64,000 nt of DNA from Planctomycetota bacterium. GTDB taxonomy: Bacteria > Planctomycetota > SZUA-567 > H5-PLA8. The stretch is taken from NCBI GenBank assembly GCA_045863855.1, contig BTVV01000012.1:1-64000 (forward strand). Direction: 5' to 3'. A model generated the notes under the pieces. It did not search any database. It was not told the origin of the DNA and worked only from the letters and a program-made list of their open reading frames with translations. The position numbers and the translations under genes were made by a program. Position 1 is the first letter of the stretch. Every line of letters begins with the position of its first letter. Positions 37,545 to 48,500 of the stretch are shown here, piece by piece.

Positions 37545-37850
37545 CTACTGAGGCGAAGGGCCGCTGCGCATCTTCTTGGCGGACATCAATTCGTAACAGT
37601 TGGTGCAGATTTTCTGGTCTTCGTATTCGCGCAGGTCTTCGGCCGAGACCGTAGCCATACACATGGGGCACAACGAGGCGCTTTCGGTGGCCTGCGCCCA
37701 ACCGCCTTTGCGCGGCGCAGTGGACTTGGGTACCGGGCTCTCGGACGTGGCGCCGACTTCGGTCCCGCAGCTTGGGCACGCGGTGCGTCCCCCGCGCAAG
37801 ATGGTTCCGCAACGCTTGCAGCGCAGAACTTGGGCGGTGGGAACAGGCAT
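37545..37850 (-). CDS. Small protein with four CxxC motifs (double zinc ribbon)
   Basis: CKRC, CPSC, CPMC, CTNC; starts 2 bp after the upstream stop. Confidence 0.7.
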   Translation of the reverse strand: MPVPTAQVLRCKRCGTILRGGRTACPSCGTEVGATSESPVPKSTAPRKGGWAQATESASLCPMCMATVSAEDLREYEDQKICTNCYELMSAKKMRSGPSPQ

Positions 37851-37852
37851 GC

Positions 37853-38551
37853 TTATTTGCCCGTTTCGAGCTTTGGCGCGGCCGCGACCTGCTGGCGCGC
37901 TTCGTGGTCGAGCTTCTGGAACTCAACCGCCTTCGTGGGCCACCACTTCTTGATGTCCATCGGTGTGTCGTAGGCGGCCTTGAACGTGGAGCCGGCCGCG
38001 GCGTTAAAGGTAACCAGAATTTCCTCGAAGTACTTGCGTGTGGCCGCCGCCACCTCGCGGTTGGTGGTGCTGGAACCCATTCCATAGTTGTTCTGGTTGT
38101 TGCGGTTGCTGTCGTCCGGCAGCGGCGGATAGCGCAGCGTGGTCATGTAATGCGCGAACGCCTCCAGCGCATCGTAGCGGAACTTCAGTGTGGACAGTTC
38201 GGCCGCCATCTCTTTCTTGGCGTCGCGATCCTTCTCGTTCTTGAAAGTCAACGCGGCCAGCCGCGCCACGAAACCGTCCTTATCGGGGCACGCGCACATG
38301 AGTTTGAAAGCCGACTTGCGCACCTCGATGTCCTGGTCCATCGCCGCGACCTTATACAGCATCTGCAGCGAAGCCTGTTCCGATACGCCCTTCAGCTTCT
38401 GGACGGCTTCCAGGCGCGCGGCCGGCGGCGCATTGTTGTAACCCGCCGCAAACTCGTTGCGCAGCTCGACTTCGGCATCCGCCGCCGCGACAGCCGGAAC
38501 CGCCAGCACGGTGCCCAAAAAGACCCAGGCCCATTTCGCTTGGTTACGCAT
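37853..38551 (-). CDS. Secreted HEAT-repeat-like protein
   Basis: Signal peptide; ARLEAVQKL...DQDIEVRKSAF. Confidence 0.7.
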   Translation of the reverse strand: MRNQAKWAWVFLGTVLAVPAVAAADAEVELRNEFAAGYNNAPPAARLEAVQKLKGVSEQASLQMLYKVAAMDQDIEVRKSAFKLMCACPDKDGFVARLAALTFKNEKDRDAKKEMAAELSTLKFRYDALEAFAHYMTTLRYPPLPDDSNRNNQNNYGMGSSTTNREVAAATRKYFEEILVTFNAAAGSTFKAAYDTPMDIKKWWPTKAVEFQKLDHEARQQVAAAPKLETGK

Positions 38552-38623
38552 GATTCCACTCCCATCCACGGTTCGGCCTCTCGCAGGACAGCTTTTCCAT
38601 CGCGATGTGGCCATGCGCCGCGG

Positions 38624-39559
38624 TTATGCCCGGCCTAACGCTTTCAACATCGTGCGCCCGATTTCGGCGGGGCTGTCGGCTACTTGTACACCGGCCTCGC
38701 GCAGCGCCTTTACCTTGCTGTCGGCGGTGCCCGATCCGCCCGAGACGATCGCCCCGGCGTGCCCCATGCGCCGTCCCGGCGGCGCCGTGCGCCCGGCGAT
38801 GAACCCGGCCACCGGTTTGGTCATGTGCTGCTTGATCCACGCCGCGGCTTCTTCTTCGGCCGTGCCGCCGATCTCGCCGATCATGATCACACCCGCCGTC
38901 GCCGGATCGGCTTGGAACATCTGCAGGACGTCGATGAAATCCGTCCCCTTCACCGGATCGCCGCCGATCCCCACGCAGCTCGACTGGCCGAATCCGGACT
39001 TGGTGATCTGCCAGACGGCTTCGTAGGTCAGCGTGCCGGACCGTGAAAGAATCCCGATGTCGCCGGCTTTGTGAATGTAGCCCGGCATGATCCCGATCTT
39101 GCAGGCCTCCGGCGTAATCACGCCGGGGCAGTTGGGGCCGACCAGCCGCACGTTCGGGTAACGCTGCAAGGCCTGCTTCACGCGCACCATATCCAGCACC
39201 GGAATGCCTTCGGTGATGCAGCAAACCAGCCGGATGCCGGCGTCGGCGGCTTCGAGGATCGCATCGCCCGCGAAAGGCGGCGGCACGAAGATCATCGTCG
39301 CGTCGGCGCTCGTTTTCTTGACGGCCTCGGCCACCGAGTTGAAAACCGGAAGCTTGCCCGCGGGAATCGGCTGCTTGCCGTCGAATCCGCCGCCTGTGGG
39401 CGCGGCTTCGATCTCGAAGTACGTTCCGCCTTTGCCCGGCGTAACGCCGCCGGCCATTTTCGTGCCGTAGGCGTAGCAGCCTTTGGTATGCGCGCCGCCG
39501 AAGGCGCCCGTCATGCCCTGGCAGATCACCCGGGTGGATGCGTCAACGAGGATGGCCAT
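38624..39559 (-). CDS. sucD: Succinyl-CoA synthetase alpha subunit
   Basis: [43 protein letters not shown]. Confidence 0.97.
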   Translation of the reverse strand: MAILVDASTRVICQGMTGAFGGAHTKGCYAYGTKMAGGVTPGKGGTYFEIEAAPTGGGFDGKQPIPAGKLPVFNSVAEAVKKTSADATMIFVPPPFAGDAILEAADAGIRLVCCITEGIPVLDMVRVKQALQRYPNVRLVGPNCPGVITPEACKIGIMPGYIHKAGDIGILSRSGTLTYEAVWQITKSGFGQSSCVGIGGDPVKGTDFIDVLQMFQADPATAGVIMIGEIGGTAEEEAAAWIKQHMTKPVAGFIAGRTAPPGRRMGHAGAIVSGGSGTADSKVKALREAGVQVADSPAEIGRTMLKALGRA

Positions 39560-39623
39560 GAACTCCTCCTGAGAAGTCGTGCCCTAAGAATAGGCGCACT
39601 GGTGCAGGGATCAAGGGAAAGGC

Positions 39624-40148
39624 TCACGCTCTGAACAACGGCTCCGGACCGCCCAGGACGAACTTCCAGAGCACCACCGCCGCCCAGTGCATCAAAAGCG
39701 GTGGCCAGACCGACCCGCTGCGCAGATACGCCACCGTACAAGCTGCGCCCAACAGCGCCGCCAGCAGCAGAAAACTCGGCGCGTAAAAGACCGGACGCGC
39801 GGCCGGACGCAGCAGCCACGCGTTCAGCGGATGCGCGGCGACGAAAAGAACCAGTGCCACGGCGCTCCAAGTCCAGACGCTGCTCGGCGAAACCGATTCG
39901 GTGCGATGCGGAAGCAGCAGCACCCGAAACAAGGTCTCCTCCAAAAGGCAAGGAATCAGGAGCGAGACGCCCATGAAGGTTACCAACTGTGCAGCGGTCC
40001 ATTCGGCGCGCTGGAAGCGGATCAGCCCCGTGGCGTAGCCAAGAGGCAGCGCGAGGACGGTAAAGGCGAGCAAGCACAGCCCCGCATCGCGCCAGCCGGC
40101 GGCGTCGGGCCAGGTACGAAACGCGGCGGCCAAGCGGGCAAGGAGCAT
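39624..40148 (-). CDS. CPBP/Abi family intramembrane metalloprotease
   Basis: EETLFR, FVAAH, and H in MHW; hydrophobic overall. Confidence 0.85.
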   Translation of the reverse strand: MLLARLAAAFRTWPDAAGWRDAGLCLLAFTVLALPLGYATGLIRFQRAEWTAAQLVTFMGVSLLIPCLLEETLFRVLLLPHRTESVSPSSVWTWSAVALVLFVAAHPLNAWLLRPAARPVFYAPSFLLLAALLGAACTVAYLRSGSVWPPLLMHWAAVVLWKFVLGGPEPLFRA

Positions 40149-40258
40149 CGCGAACGGCTCTCGGGCCGAACCTCAAGACGGCACGGGCAACGAAAAACGA
40201 TAGACCCGCGGGCGAGAGGACCGCGGTACCCCCGGCCCGGCGCGCACGCCGCGAATGA

Positions 40259-41503
40259 CTACTTCTTCAGCGAGGCGCAGACCTTCTCGGCGGCGTCGGC
40301 GAGCGTGTCGGCGGTCTGGATCGGCAGGCCGCTCTCTTTCAGGAGCTGCTTGCCGCGATCGACCTGGTTGCCTTCCAGGCGCACGACCAGCGGAACCTTG
40401 AGGTTCACTTCCTTCACCGCGGCGATCACGCCCTCGGCGATCACGTCGCAGCGCATGATGCCGCCGAAGATGTTGACGAGGATCGCCTTCACTTCCGGAT
40501 CGGAGAGGATGATCTTGAAGCCCGCGGCCACCTTCTCTTTAGTCGCGCCGCCGCCCACGTCGAGGAAGTTCGCGGGCTGGCCGCCGTAGAGCTTGATCGC
40601 GTCCATGGTGCCCATGGCCAGACCGGCGCCGTTGACGAGGCAGCCGATGTTCCCTTCGAGCGCGATGTACGAGAGGTCGAACTTCTTGGCCTCGGTTTCC
40701 TTGGGGTCTTCCTCGGCCAGGTCGCGCTGGTCGGCGGACTGCTTCTGGCGGTACAGCGCGTTGTCGTCGTAACTGAGCTTGGCGTCCATGCAGAAGACGC
40801 GGTCGCCGCTGCGCGCGAGCGGGTTGATCTCGAGCATCGCGCAATCGAGCTTCACGTAGGCGCGGCAAAGCGCCGTGAGAATCTTCGCCCCGCTCTTGAA
40901 GGCTTCGCCTTCCAGGCCCAGGAAATACGCGGCGCGGCGCGCCTGGAACGGCCACAAGCCCTGGTCGGGATCGAAGTGCTGCTTCAGGATCTTCTCGGGG
41001 TGCGTCTCGGCCACTTCTTCGATGTCCATCCCGCCGGCGGGGCTGATCATCAGCAGCGGCAGGCCGGCGGCGCGATCGAGCAGCACCGCGGCATAGAATT
41101 CCTGTTCGGGCGGACAACCGGCCTCGACGTACAAGCGCTGCACTTTCTTGCCCGACGCGCCGGTCTGCTTGGTGAGGAGCACGTTGCCCAGCAGACCCGC
41201 CGCGGCCTTCTCGACGTCGGCCTCGCTCTTGCACAGCAGCACGCCCTTCTCGCTGGTGACGCCCGGACCGCTGTATGCGCCGGTATGGGCGTCGTACTTC
41301 GTCGCATCGAGCTTATCCGGAGCGACGGCTTTGCCTTTGCCGCGGCCGCCGGCGTGAATCTGGGACTTCACCACCACGACGGGGCTTTTGAGCGTCCCGT
41401 ACGCGGCTTTGGCTTCGGCGGGCGTAAACGCGACCACGCCGGGGAGCACATCGACACCCAGCGAGCGGAGCAGTTCCTTGGCCTGATGTTCATGGATGTT
41501 CAT
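40259..41503 (-). CDS. sucC: Succinyl-CoA synthetase beta subunit
   Basis: [52 protein letters not shown]. True start is ATG 41503. Confidence 0.97.
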   Translation of the reverse strand: MNIHEHQAKELLRSLGVDVLPGVVAFTPAEAKAAYGTLKSPVVVVKSQIHAGGRGKGKAVAPDKLDATKYDAHTGAYSGPGVTSEKGVLLCKSEADVEKAAAGLLGNVLLTKQTGASGKKVQRLYVEAGCPPEQEFYAAVLLDRAAGLPLLMISPAGGMDIEEVAETHPEKILKQHFDPDQGLWPFQARRAAYFLGLEGEAFKSGAKILTALCRAYVKLDCAMLEINPLARSGDRVFCMDAKLSYDDNALYRQKQSADQRDLAEEDPKETEAKKFDLSYIALEGNIGCLVNGAGLAMGTMDAIKLYGGQPANFLDVGGGATKEKVAAGFKIILSDPEVKAILVNIFGGIMRCDVIAEGVIAAVKEVNLKVPLVVRLEGNQVDRGKQLLKESGLPIQTADTLADAAEKVCASLKK

Positions 41504-41629
41504 GCGTGCGTGTCCTCGTGTGATGAAGCGGCAGGTGGCTACCTTATAGAAGGACCGCCGGTTGGCAAGCTCACCCCGCGAGCGCGGCCGGTCTCGCCGT
41601 TGCAATACGGGCCGGTGTGCGCAATCTTC

Positions 41630-43255
41630 ATGAGCATGAACGAGGATCCGTATCCCGTGCCCGCGGCGCCCTCGGTTCCCTCGGAACCTGCGCCGCCGCC
41701 CAGCCGGCGCTGGATCTGGATCGCGCTGCTCTCGTTCGGCGCGCTCGCGGCTTTCGTAACCTGCACCGTGGCGTACTTCGTGGGCTACGAACGAGGCCGC
41801 GGCTTCGAACGCCGGCGCTTCGGACCGGCCGCGAGCTTCAACGCGCCTTCGCTCCCCGGCGCCTTGCTCCCCGGGGATCCCGCGGAGCGCGACGGACCCT
41901 TGCCCGAGAACTGGTGCTTTGCGCCCGAGCATTGCGCACGGCTGGTCTGGCCGATGGAACTGGTCGCGCATCCCGATTTCCCGGACGGTTACACGCTGCG
42001 CGTCCGCCAAGGCGCCAACCGCATCTCCACGCCCGACAGCGGGCTGTGCGAGTTCGTCTTCGAGACCGAGGCGCGCGGCGTCTACCAAGTCTGGGTGCAC
42101 GCCAAGTATTCGGACGATTGCGGCAACAGCCTCGCCTGCCGGATCGACGGCTCCGAAAAAATCGGCGTCGGGAACCAGAAAGTCTACGGGCGCTGGATGT
42201 GGGAATGCGCCCAGCGCCCCTTCCTGCTGGAAGCCGGGCGGCACCGCCTGCTGGTGCAGACGCGCGAGGACGGACTGGAGTTCGACCGCGTGGCGGTGAT
42301 CGGCGCGCAGCAGGAAGGCCAGATCGATTTCGATTCCATGCCGCTCACGCCGCCGCCGCGTTTCGATTACTTGCCGTCCACCGGGCCGCACCAGCAGCCG
42401 CTGGGCGGCCTTGAGATGGAAGCGCTGGCGACCCAAAGCCTGGTCGCGGCGCCCACCCATCGCAACGAGCTGAGTATATTCGTAAGGCTGAACGGCGGCA
42501 CGCCGGTGAACTGCCGGATCGAATGGTACAGCCAAGGAGTGCGCCTGGGCTCTCAGGAATTGCGCTTGGACGCGCATCGCCCGTTCGAAGTGTTGAAGCG
42601 GAATCTGATACTGCCGCTCGGACAAGGCTACTGGATCCCCGTGGAAGTCCGAGCGTACACGGCCGTCGGCTGCGTGCAGGCGCGCAAGCTGCATTTTGTG
42701 CGCCCGTTCGACTGGGCTTTCCTGGGACCGATCGCGGATCCCGACGGCGCGGGCTTGAACCGGCGGCTCGCCCCTGAAGACCATCTGGATCGTCTGGCTG
42801 GGCGGCCAGCCCTGCCCGGCGCGACCTGGCGCGAGTCGCGCGACGGCGGTTGTTACGACGCGTTCGGCGTGGTGGACCTGAACAAAGTCTTCGGACGCGA
42901 GACTCCGCTGTACACGGAGGAACCGGCGAGCGATCCGCAGATCGCCTACGCGGTGACGGAAGTCTGGGCGCCGGAAGCGCACCACCTGCCGATGAACTTT
43001 ATCGGTGACGACTGCCTTCAAGCGTGGTGCAACGGGCGCGAACTGTTCAAGCAATCGGGCGCGACACCGCTCGAAACGAACCTCTTGCGCATCGGCGTGG
43101 ACACCCGCATGGGCGTGAACACGTTTGTGTTCAAAATTCCGCAGACGACGCTGGGCTGGCAGTTCCTGTTCGAACCGGACTATGTGATTCCGTACAGCCA
43201 TCCGCAGGCTTTTACGCCGGTGCCGATCGAACGGTGGGGAGCGGTGGATGAGTAA
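41630..43255 (+). CDS. Membrane-anchored protein with probable carbohydrate-binding-type beta-sandwich domains
   Basis: TM WIWIALLSFGALAAF; GVYQVWVH...LEAGRHRLLVQTREDGLEFD; C-terminal WAFLGP...GDDCLQAWCNG module. Confidence 0.7.
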   Translation: MSMNEDPYPVPAAPSVPSEPAPPPSRRWIWIALLSFGALAAFVTCTVAYFVGYERGRGFERRRFGPAASFNAPSLPGALLPGDPAERDGPLPENWCFAPEHCARLVWPMELVAHPDFPDGYTLRVRQGANRISTPDSGLCEFVFETEARGVYQVWVHAKYSDDCGNSLACRIDGSEKIGVGNQKVYGRWMWECAQRPFLLEAGRHRLLVQTREDGLEFDRVAVIGAQQEGQIDFDSMPLTPPPRFDYLPSTGPHQQPLGGLEMEALATQSLVAAPTHRNELSIFVRLNGGTPVNCRIEWYSQGVRLGSQELRLDAHRPFEVLKRNLILPLGQGYWIPVEVRAYTAVGCVQARKLHFVRPFDWAFLGPIADPDGAGLNRRLAPEDHLDRLAGRPALPGATWRESRDGGCYDAFGVVDLNKVFGRETPLYTEEPASDPQIAYAVTEVWAPEAHHLPMNFIGDDCLQAWCNGRELFKQSGATPLETNLLRIGVDTRMGVNTFVFKIPQTTLGWQFLFEPDYVIPYSHPQAFTPVPIERWGAVDE

Positions 43256-43331
43256 GAAAGCAAAGCGAAGCTGGCATTCCACGTGCGTAGAAAATATAGG
43301 AAGTTTTGCTTTAGCCCCCTTGGAAACTACG

Positions 43332-43730
43332 ATGCGCCGGAACGAATCACGCTTGTCGCGAACGGGAGCGCTGCTGTTGTGCGGCGTGGCCTTCGCGCTC
43401 GCGTGTTGTCCGGGCGGCGTGGCGATCAAGCGCGGCGGACCCTGCGGGCAAGCGCTCTGCCCGTGCCCGCTGCAGGCCGAAGCTCCGCCGGCCCATGCGT
43501 GCTGTGCGAAACTGCGCTTGGCCCCCGAACGCCCGCCTGCCGGCGGTCCGGCGCTTTCGGCGTCCGGTTCGCGCTGGGTGCTGCAGGAAGTTCTCTCGCA
43601 GTCCGAAGCCTGTGCCGTTGCCTTGAACTTCGCTTGTATAAGGAACAAACCCGCGCGCGCGGACACAGCTTCCGTGGCGCCGCCGCTCGCCCCCACGCTG
43701 GAAATCCCCACCCCGCCCCCACGCGGCTGA
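43332..43730 (+). CDS. Cys-rich leader-type protein with C-terminal PPPRG (DUF2946-like)
   Basis: 132 aa; signal-like hydrophobic stretch, CC, CxxxxCxC, HACC; ends LEIPTPPPRG. Confidence 0.6.
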   Translation: MRRNESRLSRTGALLLCGVAFALACCPGGVAIKRGGPCGQALCPCPLQAEAPPAHACCAKLRLAPERPPAGGPALSASGSRWVLQEVLSQSEACAVALNFACIRNKPARADTASVAPPLAPTLEIPTPPPRG

Positions 43731-43824
43731 CGGCGCGTACCGCACCGTCAACCGAACGTACCGCACCGCATGCGGCTCCGCGTGGAGCCGATCGTGCGGC
43801 GTTCCCGCATGGGGGAAGTCCGTC

Positions 43825-44802
43825 ATGTCATTCAGGTACCTGTTGGCAGGGCTGATCGCGCTGGGGGCGCTGCGCGCGCCGCTGGCGTGCGACAGTTGCA
43901 AATGCACGGCCGGCGACCCGGCACGCGGCGGCGCCTCGGGCATCACCGCCGGGCACGAACACCACGAAGACTACCGCTGGTCGGTGGACGCTTCGTACCA
44001 CTACAAGAACTGGGACCGGATCAAGCCGTCCCACGCGCTCGCGATCAACGACACCGCCGGACGCCATACGCATGCCGTGATCGACGAATGGACGGCGAGC
44101 ATCCGAGTAGGCTACGCGGTCACGCGAGACGTCGAGTTGGGTCTGACGCAAGGCTACCGGCACGTGCGGCAGCAGAACGCGACCGATCCGCTCTTCAACG
44201 GCGCGCACGAGACCAGCAACGGGATCGACGACCTGCGCTTCGATTTTCGCTGGCGCTTCAAGCGCCAGACGGAGGGCGGCTGGCCGGTCGATCTGGCGCT
44301 CTTCGGCGAAGGGCTGTTCCCGACGGGGCAGGTCCACGAACGTGGCGCGAACGGCGCGCGGATCGAAGCCGAGCACCAGCCCGGAACCGGCGGCTTCGCC
44401 GGGACGCTGGGGCTGGCCGTCTCGCGCGGCTGGAACCGTTGGGGCGCCAGCGGCTCGGTGACGTACACGCACAAAACCGAAGGGACGCAGGAATACAAAC
44501 CCGGCGACGTGCTGCGCGTCAGCGCGAGCGGAAGTTACCGCGTCTCGCCCGAAAGCTGGGGCACAAAAATCTGGGTCAACCTCGGCGTGCAGGCGCTCTT
44601 CGAAAACAAGGCCCAGGAAGACGGCGAGAAAGACCCCAATCACGGCGGGCAGACGATCTTCGTCATCCCCGGTCTGGCCGTGCAGCCGCTGGATCGCCTG
44701 ATCTTCAGCGCCTCCTTGCAGCAGCCCGTGTACCAACAGCTCAACGGCTACCACCAGGAAGAAGACTGGGCGCTCGCGTTCAATACGCGCGTGCGCTTCT
44801 AA
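43825..44802 (+). CDS. Outer-membrane beta-barrel transporter-like protein, probably metal related
   Basis: Signal peptide, CDSCKC, GHEHH, HTH, GIDDL, PTG...QPGTG, terminal Phe (NTRVRF). Confidence 0.75.
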   Translation: MSFRYLLAGLIALGALRAPLACDSCKCTAGDPARGGASGITAGHEHHEDYRWSVDASYHYKNWDRIKPSHALAINDTAGRHTHAVIDEWTASIRVGYAVTRDVELGLTQGYRHVRQQNATDPLFNGAHETSNGIDDLRFDFRWRFKRQTEGGWPVDLALFGEGLFPTGQVHERGANGARIEAEHQPGTGGFAGTLGLAVSRGWNRWGASGSVTYTHKTEGTQEYKPGDVLRVSASGSYRVSPESWGTKIWVNLGVQALFENKAQEDGEKDPNHGGQTIFVIPGLAVQPLDRLIFSASLQQPVYQQLNGYHQEEDWALAFNTRVRF

Positions 44803-44841
44803 ATTTCAACCCAACCCAACATCGCACAAAGGAAACCTGCC

Positions 44842-45498
44842 ATGAAGAAGACCCCGATCCTGTCCCTGGCTTTGCTGCTCGCGCTAGCCGTTCCGGCGTT
44901 CGGCGTTCCGGTCGCGCCGCGGCACGGCGGCGGCGCCGGCGCGTTCGGCCCGCACGGCATCCGCAATCGGCTGGATTTCATGCTCAACGGTTCGCGCGAC
45001 GGCCGCGACCGCTTGTCGCTCTTGCTTGACCTTGGCGAAGAAGCGTTCGACTCGGCGGCTCCCTACGACGAACCGCGGATCGCGACGCTGGTGCTCTCGA
45101 CCGAGCCGACCGCTCACGAGCACGGCGCCGCGGCCCCGCGCCACGAGACGCCGGAAAGCTGGACCTACGAGACGACCACGCCCAAAGGATTCAAGCTTTC
45201 CGTGCCGGGTACGCGCTTGCGCCTGATCAAGAAAGGCCGCGGCTTCGCGCTCGACCTATCGCGCGCAACGCTCGACGACTTCAAGGCGATGCTGCACCAT
45301 TCCGAAGGTACGATCACGCTCTACCTTACGCTTTCGCACAATCACCTTCCGCACGCCGACAGCGTGGGTCCGCGGCATGCTCACGCGTTGTACGAAGGTG
45401 CGTTCGAAGTGAAGCTCACGCGGCGCGGAGCGGTGCTGATCGGGCGAGGTACGCCGACGGAAGCCGAGGGTCCTCACGAAAAGGCCGAAGCGTTCTGA
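44842..45498 (+). CDS. Secreted His-rich hypothetical protein
   Basis: AAGGA RBS, signal peptide, AHEHG, HHSE, HNHLPH, RHAH. Confidence 0.7.
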   Translation: MKKTPILSLALLLALAVPAFGVPVAPRHGGGAGAFGPHGIRNRLDFMLNGSRDGRDRLSLLLDLGEEAFDSAAPYDEPRIATLVLSTEPTAHEHGAAAPRHETPESWTYETTTPKGFKLSVPGTRLRLIKKGRGFALDLSRATLDDFKAMLHHSEGTITLYLTLSHNHLPHADSVGPRHAHALYEGAFEVKLTRRGAVLIGRGTPTEAEGPHEKAEAF

Positions 45499-45507
45499 GC
45501 GCAACGC

Positions 45508-48500
45508 TTATTCCGCGCTGAGGACGATGAGCTGGCCTTCTTTGGTGACGACGTACACCTTGCCGTCGCGAACGGTGACGCCGGCGGGTTCGCCGCCGCA
45601 GCGGAAGCGCCAGCGCAGCTTGCCTTCGCCGTCCAGGGCATAGACTTCGCCGGAGATCGTGCCGAGGAAGACCCCCGCGCCGTCGAAGACCGGCGGCGTG
45701 ACTTGGTCGGCCAGCGGCTTCTCCCACGCGGGACGCGGCTCGACGGCGGGCGATTCGCGCGGATAGCTGCGCAGCGTGCCCACGCGGGTGAGCCCGTAAA
45801 CGCCCTGCGGACCGACCGAAACGGCGGTAAAGCGGTCCCGCGGATCGCCGGGCTTGAGCACCCAGTTCTTCTGGCCGCGCTCGAAGTTCGCGACGAGAAG
45901 CCCGCCGCTGGCGGTGGTGTAAGCGCCCAGCATTTCGCCGGGCTTCGCGCCCGTCGTCTCGTCGGGACTCGCGGCCACCAGGCGTTCGCCGGCGTCGATG
46001 GTCCAGACCTTGCGGCCATCCTCGATCCGCCACGCGCTGATCTCGCCGCCGCGCGCAGCGGTGACCAACTGGCCGCGGCCGGCCTGGCGCACGCCCGCGA
46101 TCGGCTCGCAGTCGGGGTACACGGCGTCCTGGATCTTCTGCTGCCAGAGCGGCCGCGCGGGCTTCTCGACGTCGTAGACGCGCAGGATGCCGTCGGCGCA
46201 GACCACGGCGAGCAGAGTCTTGCCGGCCAGCAGCGTATCGCGGCGCAACACCATCCCGCCCACCGGTTCGACGGGCAATTCCAACAGCCTCTTTTTCGCG
46301 CCGTCCGCGCGTGCGATCGTCCAGATTTCGCGCTGCCGCGTGGCGATCGCCAGATGCGTGGTATCCCACGCCTGCGGCGGCTGGTGAATCTGCCACCAAG
46401 TGGGATCGTCGACGAACACTTCCTTGCCCGAGCCGTCGCTCGCGGGCCGCCGCGTGGCCTTGGTGTCGACCAGTCCTTCGGTGCGCCAGCGCACCCGGCC
46501 TTCGGCATCCACGGCCAGCAGTTCCCCGCCCGCAGCCGCGTAAAGCATGCCGTCGAGCACCACGGCCGGAGCCTGGCTCGCCGCGCCGAGGTTTAACTGG
46601 CGCAGCGCCGCACGGCTGAGACTGACCCGAATATCCAGCTCGTCCACCCGCAAGCCGCGGATCACGCGTTCGAGCGGCGCATACCCGGGCAGCGAGAGCA
46701 GCAAGGTCGTCGTCTCGCCCACCGGAATGTCCAGCGCCAGCGGCGTCTTCCCCGCCACTCTTCCGTTCACCTTCACTTCGGCGCCGGTGGGATCGGTGTC
46801 CACCTGGGCCGGAAGCTTGACCTTCTGCGTAGCGAGATAGCCGCGGTGTTTTTCGAGGAGCCGTTCGTACAGCAGCAGCGCAGCGGGCCGGTCTTGCTTC
46901 TCCTGGGCCGCGCGCACCTGCTCGAGCAGATCCTTGGCTTCTTTGATCTGCTCCGCGATCTCCGCGGCCCGGTTGCCCAGCCCCTTGGCCTCGGCGAATT
47001 CGGCGTACTCGCGTTCAAGCCGGGACAGCAGTTCGAACGCTTCGTCGCCCGCCCCGCGCGCTTCGGCCAAGCGCGCGCGGTTCAGTCCTTCGCGTAATGC
47101 GTTGCGGCGTTCCTGCAACAGCGTGGCTTGCTTGGCCGCGTCTTGTGCAAGCGGAAGTTCCGGCCAGACGACCCGCGCTTCGGCGAACTTGTCCAGCGCC
47201 AGTTCGGCCTTCTGCTGCCGAACCAGTTCCAGCGCCTCGCGATGCCGAGTCTCCACCGTCTGCGCGATCCCCTCCAGGCGCTTGAGCGCGTCTTTCGCTT
47301 CCTGCCGCTGCGCTTCGGACGCGGAGGACGCGCCCTCAAGTGTTGCGAAGATTTCCTTGGCCGCCTGGTAGCGCCGCTCGCTCTCGCGCGCCTTGCCTTC
47401 CGCGAGCTTCTTGGCCCATTCGGCCTCGCTGCGGGCATCCTGGAGCTTCTGCAGCTTCTCCTGCACCCGCTTGGTCGACTGGGCCAGCGGATCCTTGAGA
47501 TGACTCTCGGGATGCTCCCGGCCGAGCGTCTCGTACGCCGCCAGCGCCTGATTCAAGCCCCCAGTCTCTTCCAGCAGGTAAGCCTGGTCGAAGCGGTAAT
47601 CGAGTTCGCGCCGAAAGCTCGCGCGCGCGTCTTCGTAACGGCGCAGCACCAGTTCGGAAAGTTCGCCGTCGGGATCGTTCAGCGTCTTCGCGAACTCTTC
47701 CCAGATCGCGATTTCGTCCTGGTAACGCTGTTCCATGTGCGCGGCCGCGGCCAGATCGACCGCCGCCAGGTACTCGTCGGGCCAGATTTTCTTGCGGCCC
47801 ATCAGGATGTACGTGACCACCGCATAGAGAAACAGCGCCACCGCGACCACCGACAGAACGGTGCGCCGGACCACCTTGCGCCGCTGGTAGGCTTCGGCCG
47901 CTCCTTTGTGGCTGACGAGATCGTCCTTGCGCTGGTCCTGGTACAGCTCGGCGCGCAGCTTCGCTTCGGCGGTCTGGTCGAGCATGCGTTGCAAGTCGGC
48001 GCGTTCGTTCTCGTCGCGGATCGTTTCGAGCAGGCGGCGGTAAATGTTCAGCGCGTCGGCGAAGCGCCCTTGCACGCGGTGCTCGCTGGCCAGATAGCGC
48101 AGCTTCCCGCTGGGGTACGGCGCGATCCAGGCGTCGTCCAGAAAGCGGATCACCGACTGGCATACCTGGAAGCGGCCTTGGCAAGAAAGCTTGACGACCG
48201 TCTCGAGCGTGCGGCCTTCGCGGATCAGCCGCAGGATGCGCTGATTCGCGGGCTGCAGCTTCTTGAACAGCTCGTTGCCCTTCTCGGTGACTTCGAAGCA
48301 TATGTACGGCGTGGGCAGGCGGCTTTGAATCTTTTCCCACTCGTCGGTGCGGCCGAACGATTCCTCGATCAGCTTTTTGAGGTCGATGCGCAAGCTGTGG
48401 ATGTTGGCGCCGCGGGCGCCGCCTTGCGTCTGGGCCACCGAGATCAGATCGACCGAACTGCCCTTCGTGTCGAAGGTGTAATCCCCGTCCCGCCACGTGA

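Noticed and set aside
39624..40148. CPBP/Abi gene as an abortive-infection defence gene
   Set aside because: The family name alone is not evidence, and the gene sits in a housekeeping operon.
40976..41629. 759-aa version of the 41630-43255 gene
   Set aside because: The extra N-terminus overlaps sucC on the opposite strand.
40259..43711. 1150-aa ORF suggesting a giant N-terminal fusion to SucC
   Set aside because: The extension is the antisense shadow of the + strand genes at 41630-43730. SucC starts at the canonical [10 protein letters not shown] (41503).
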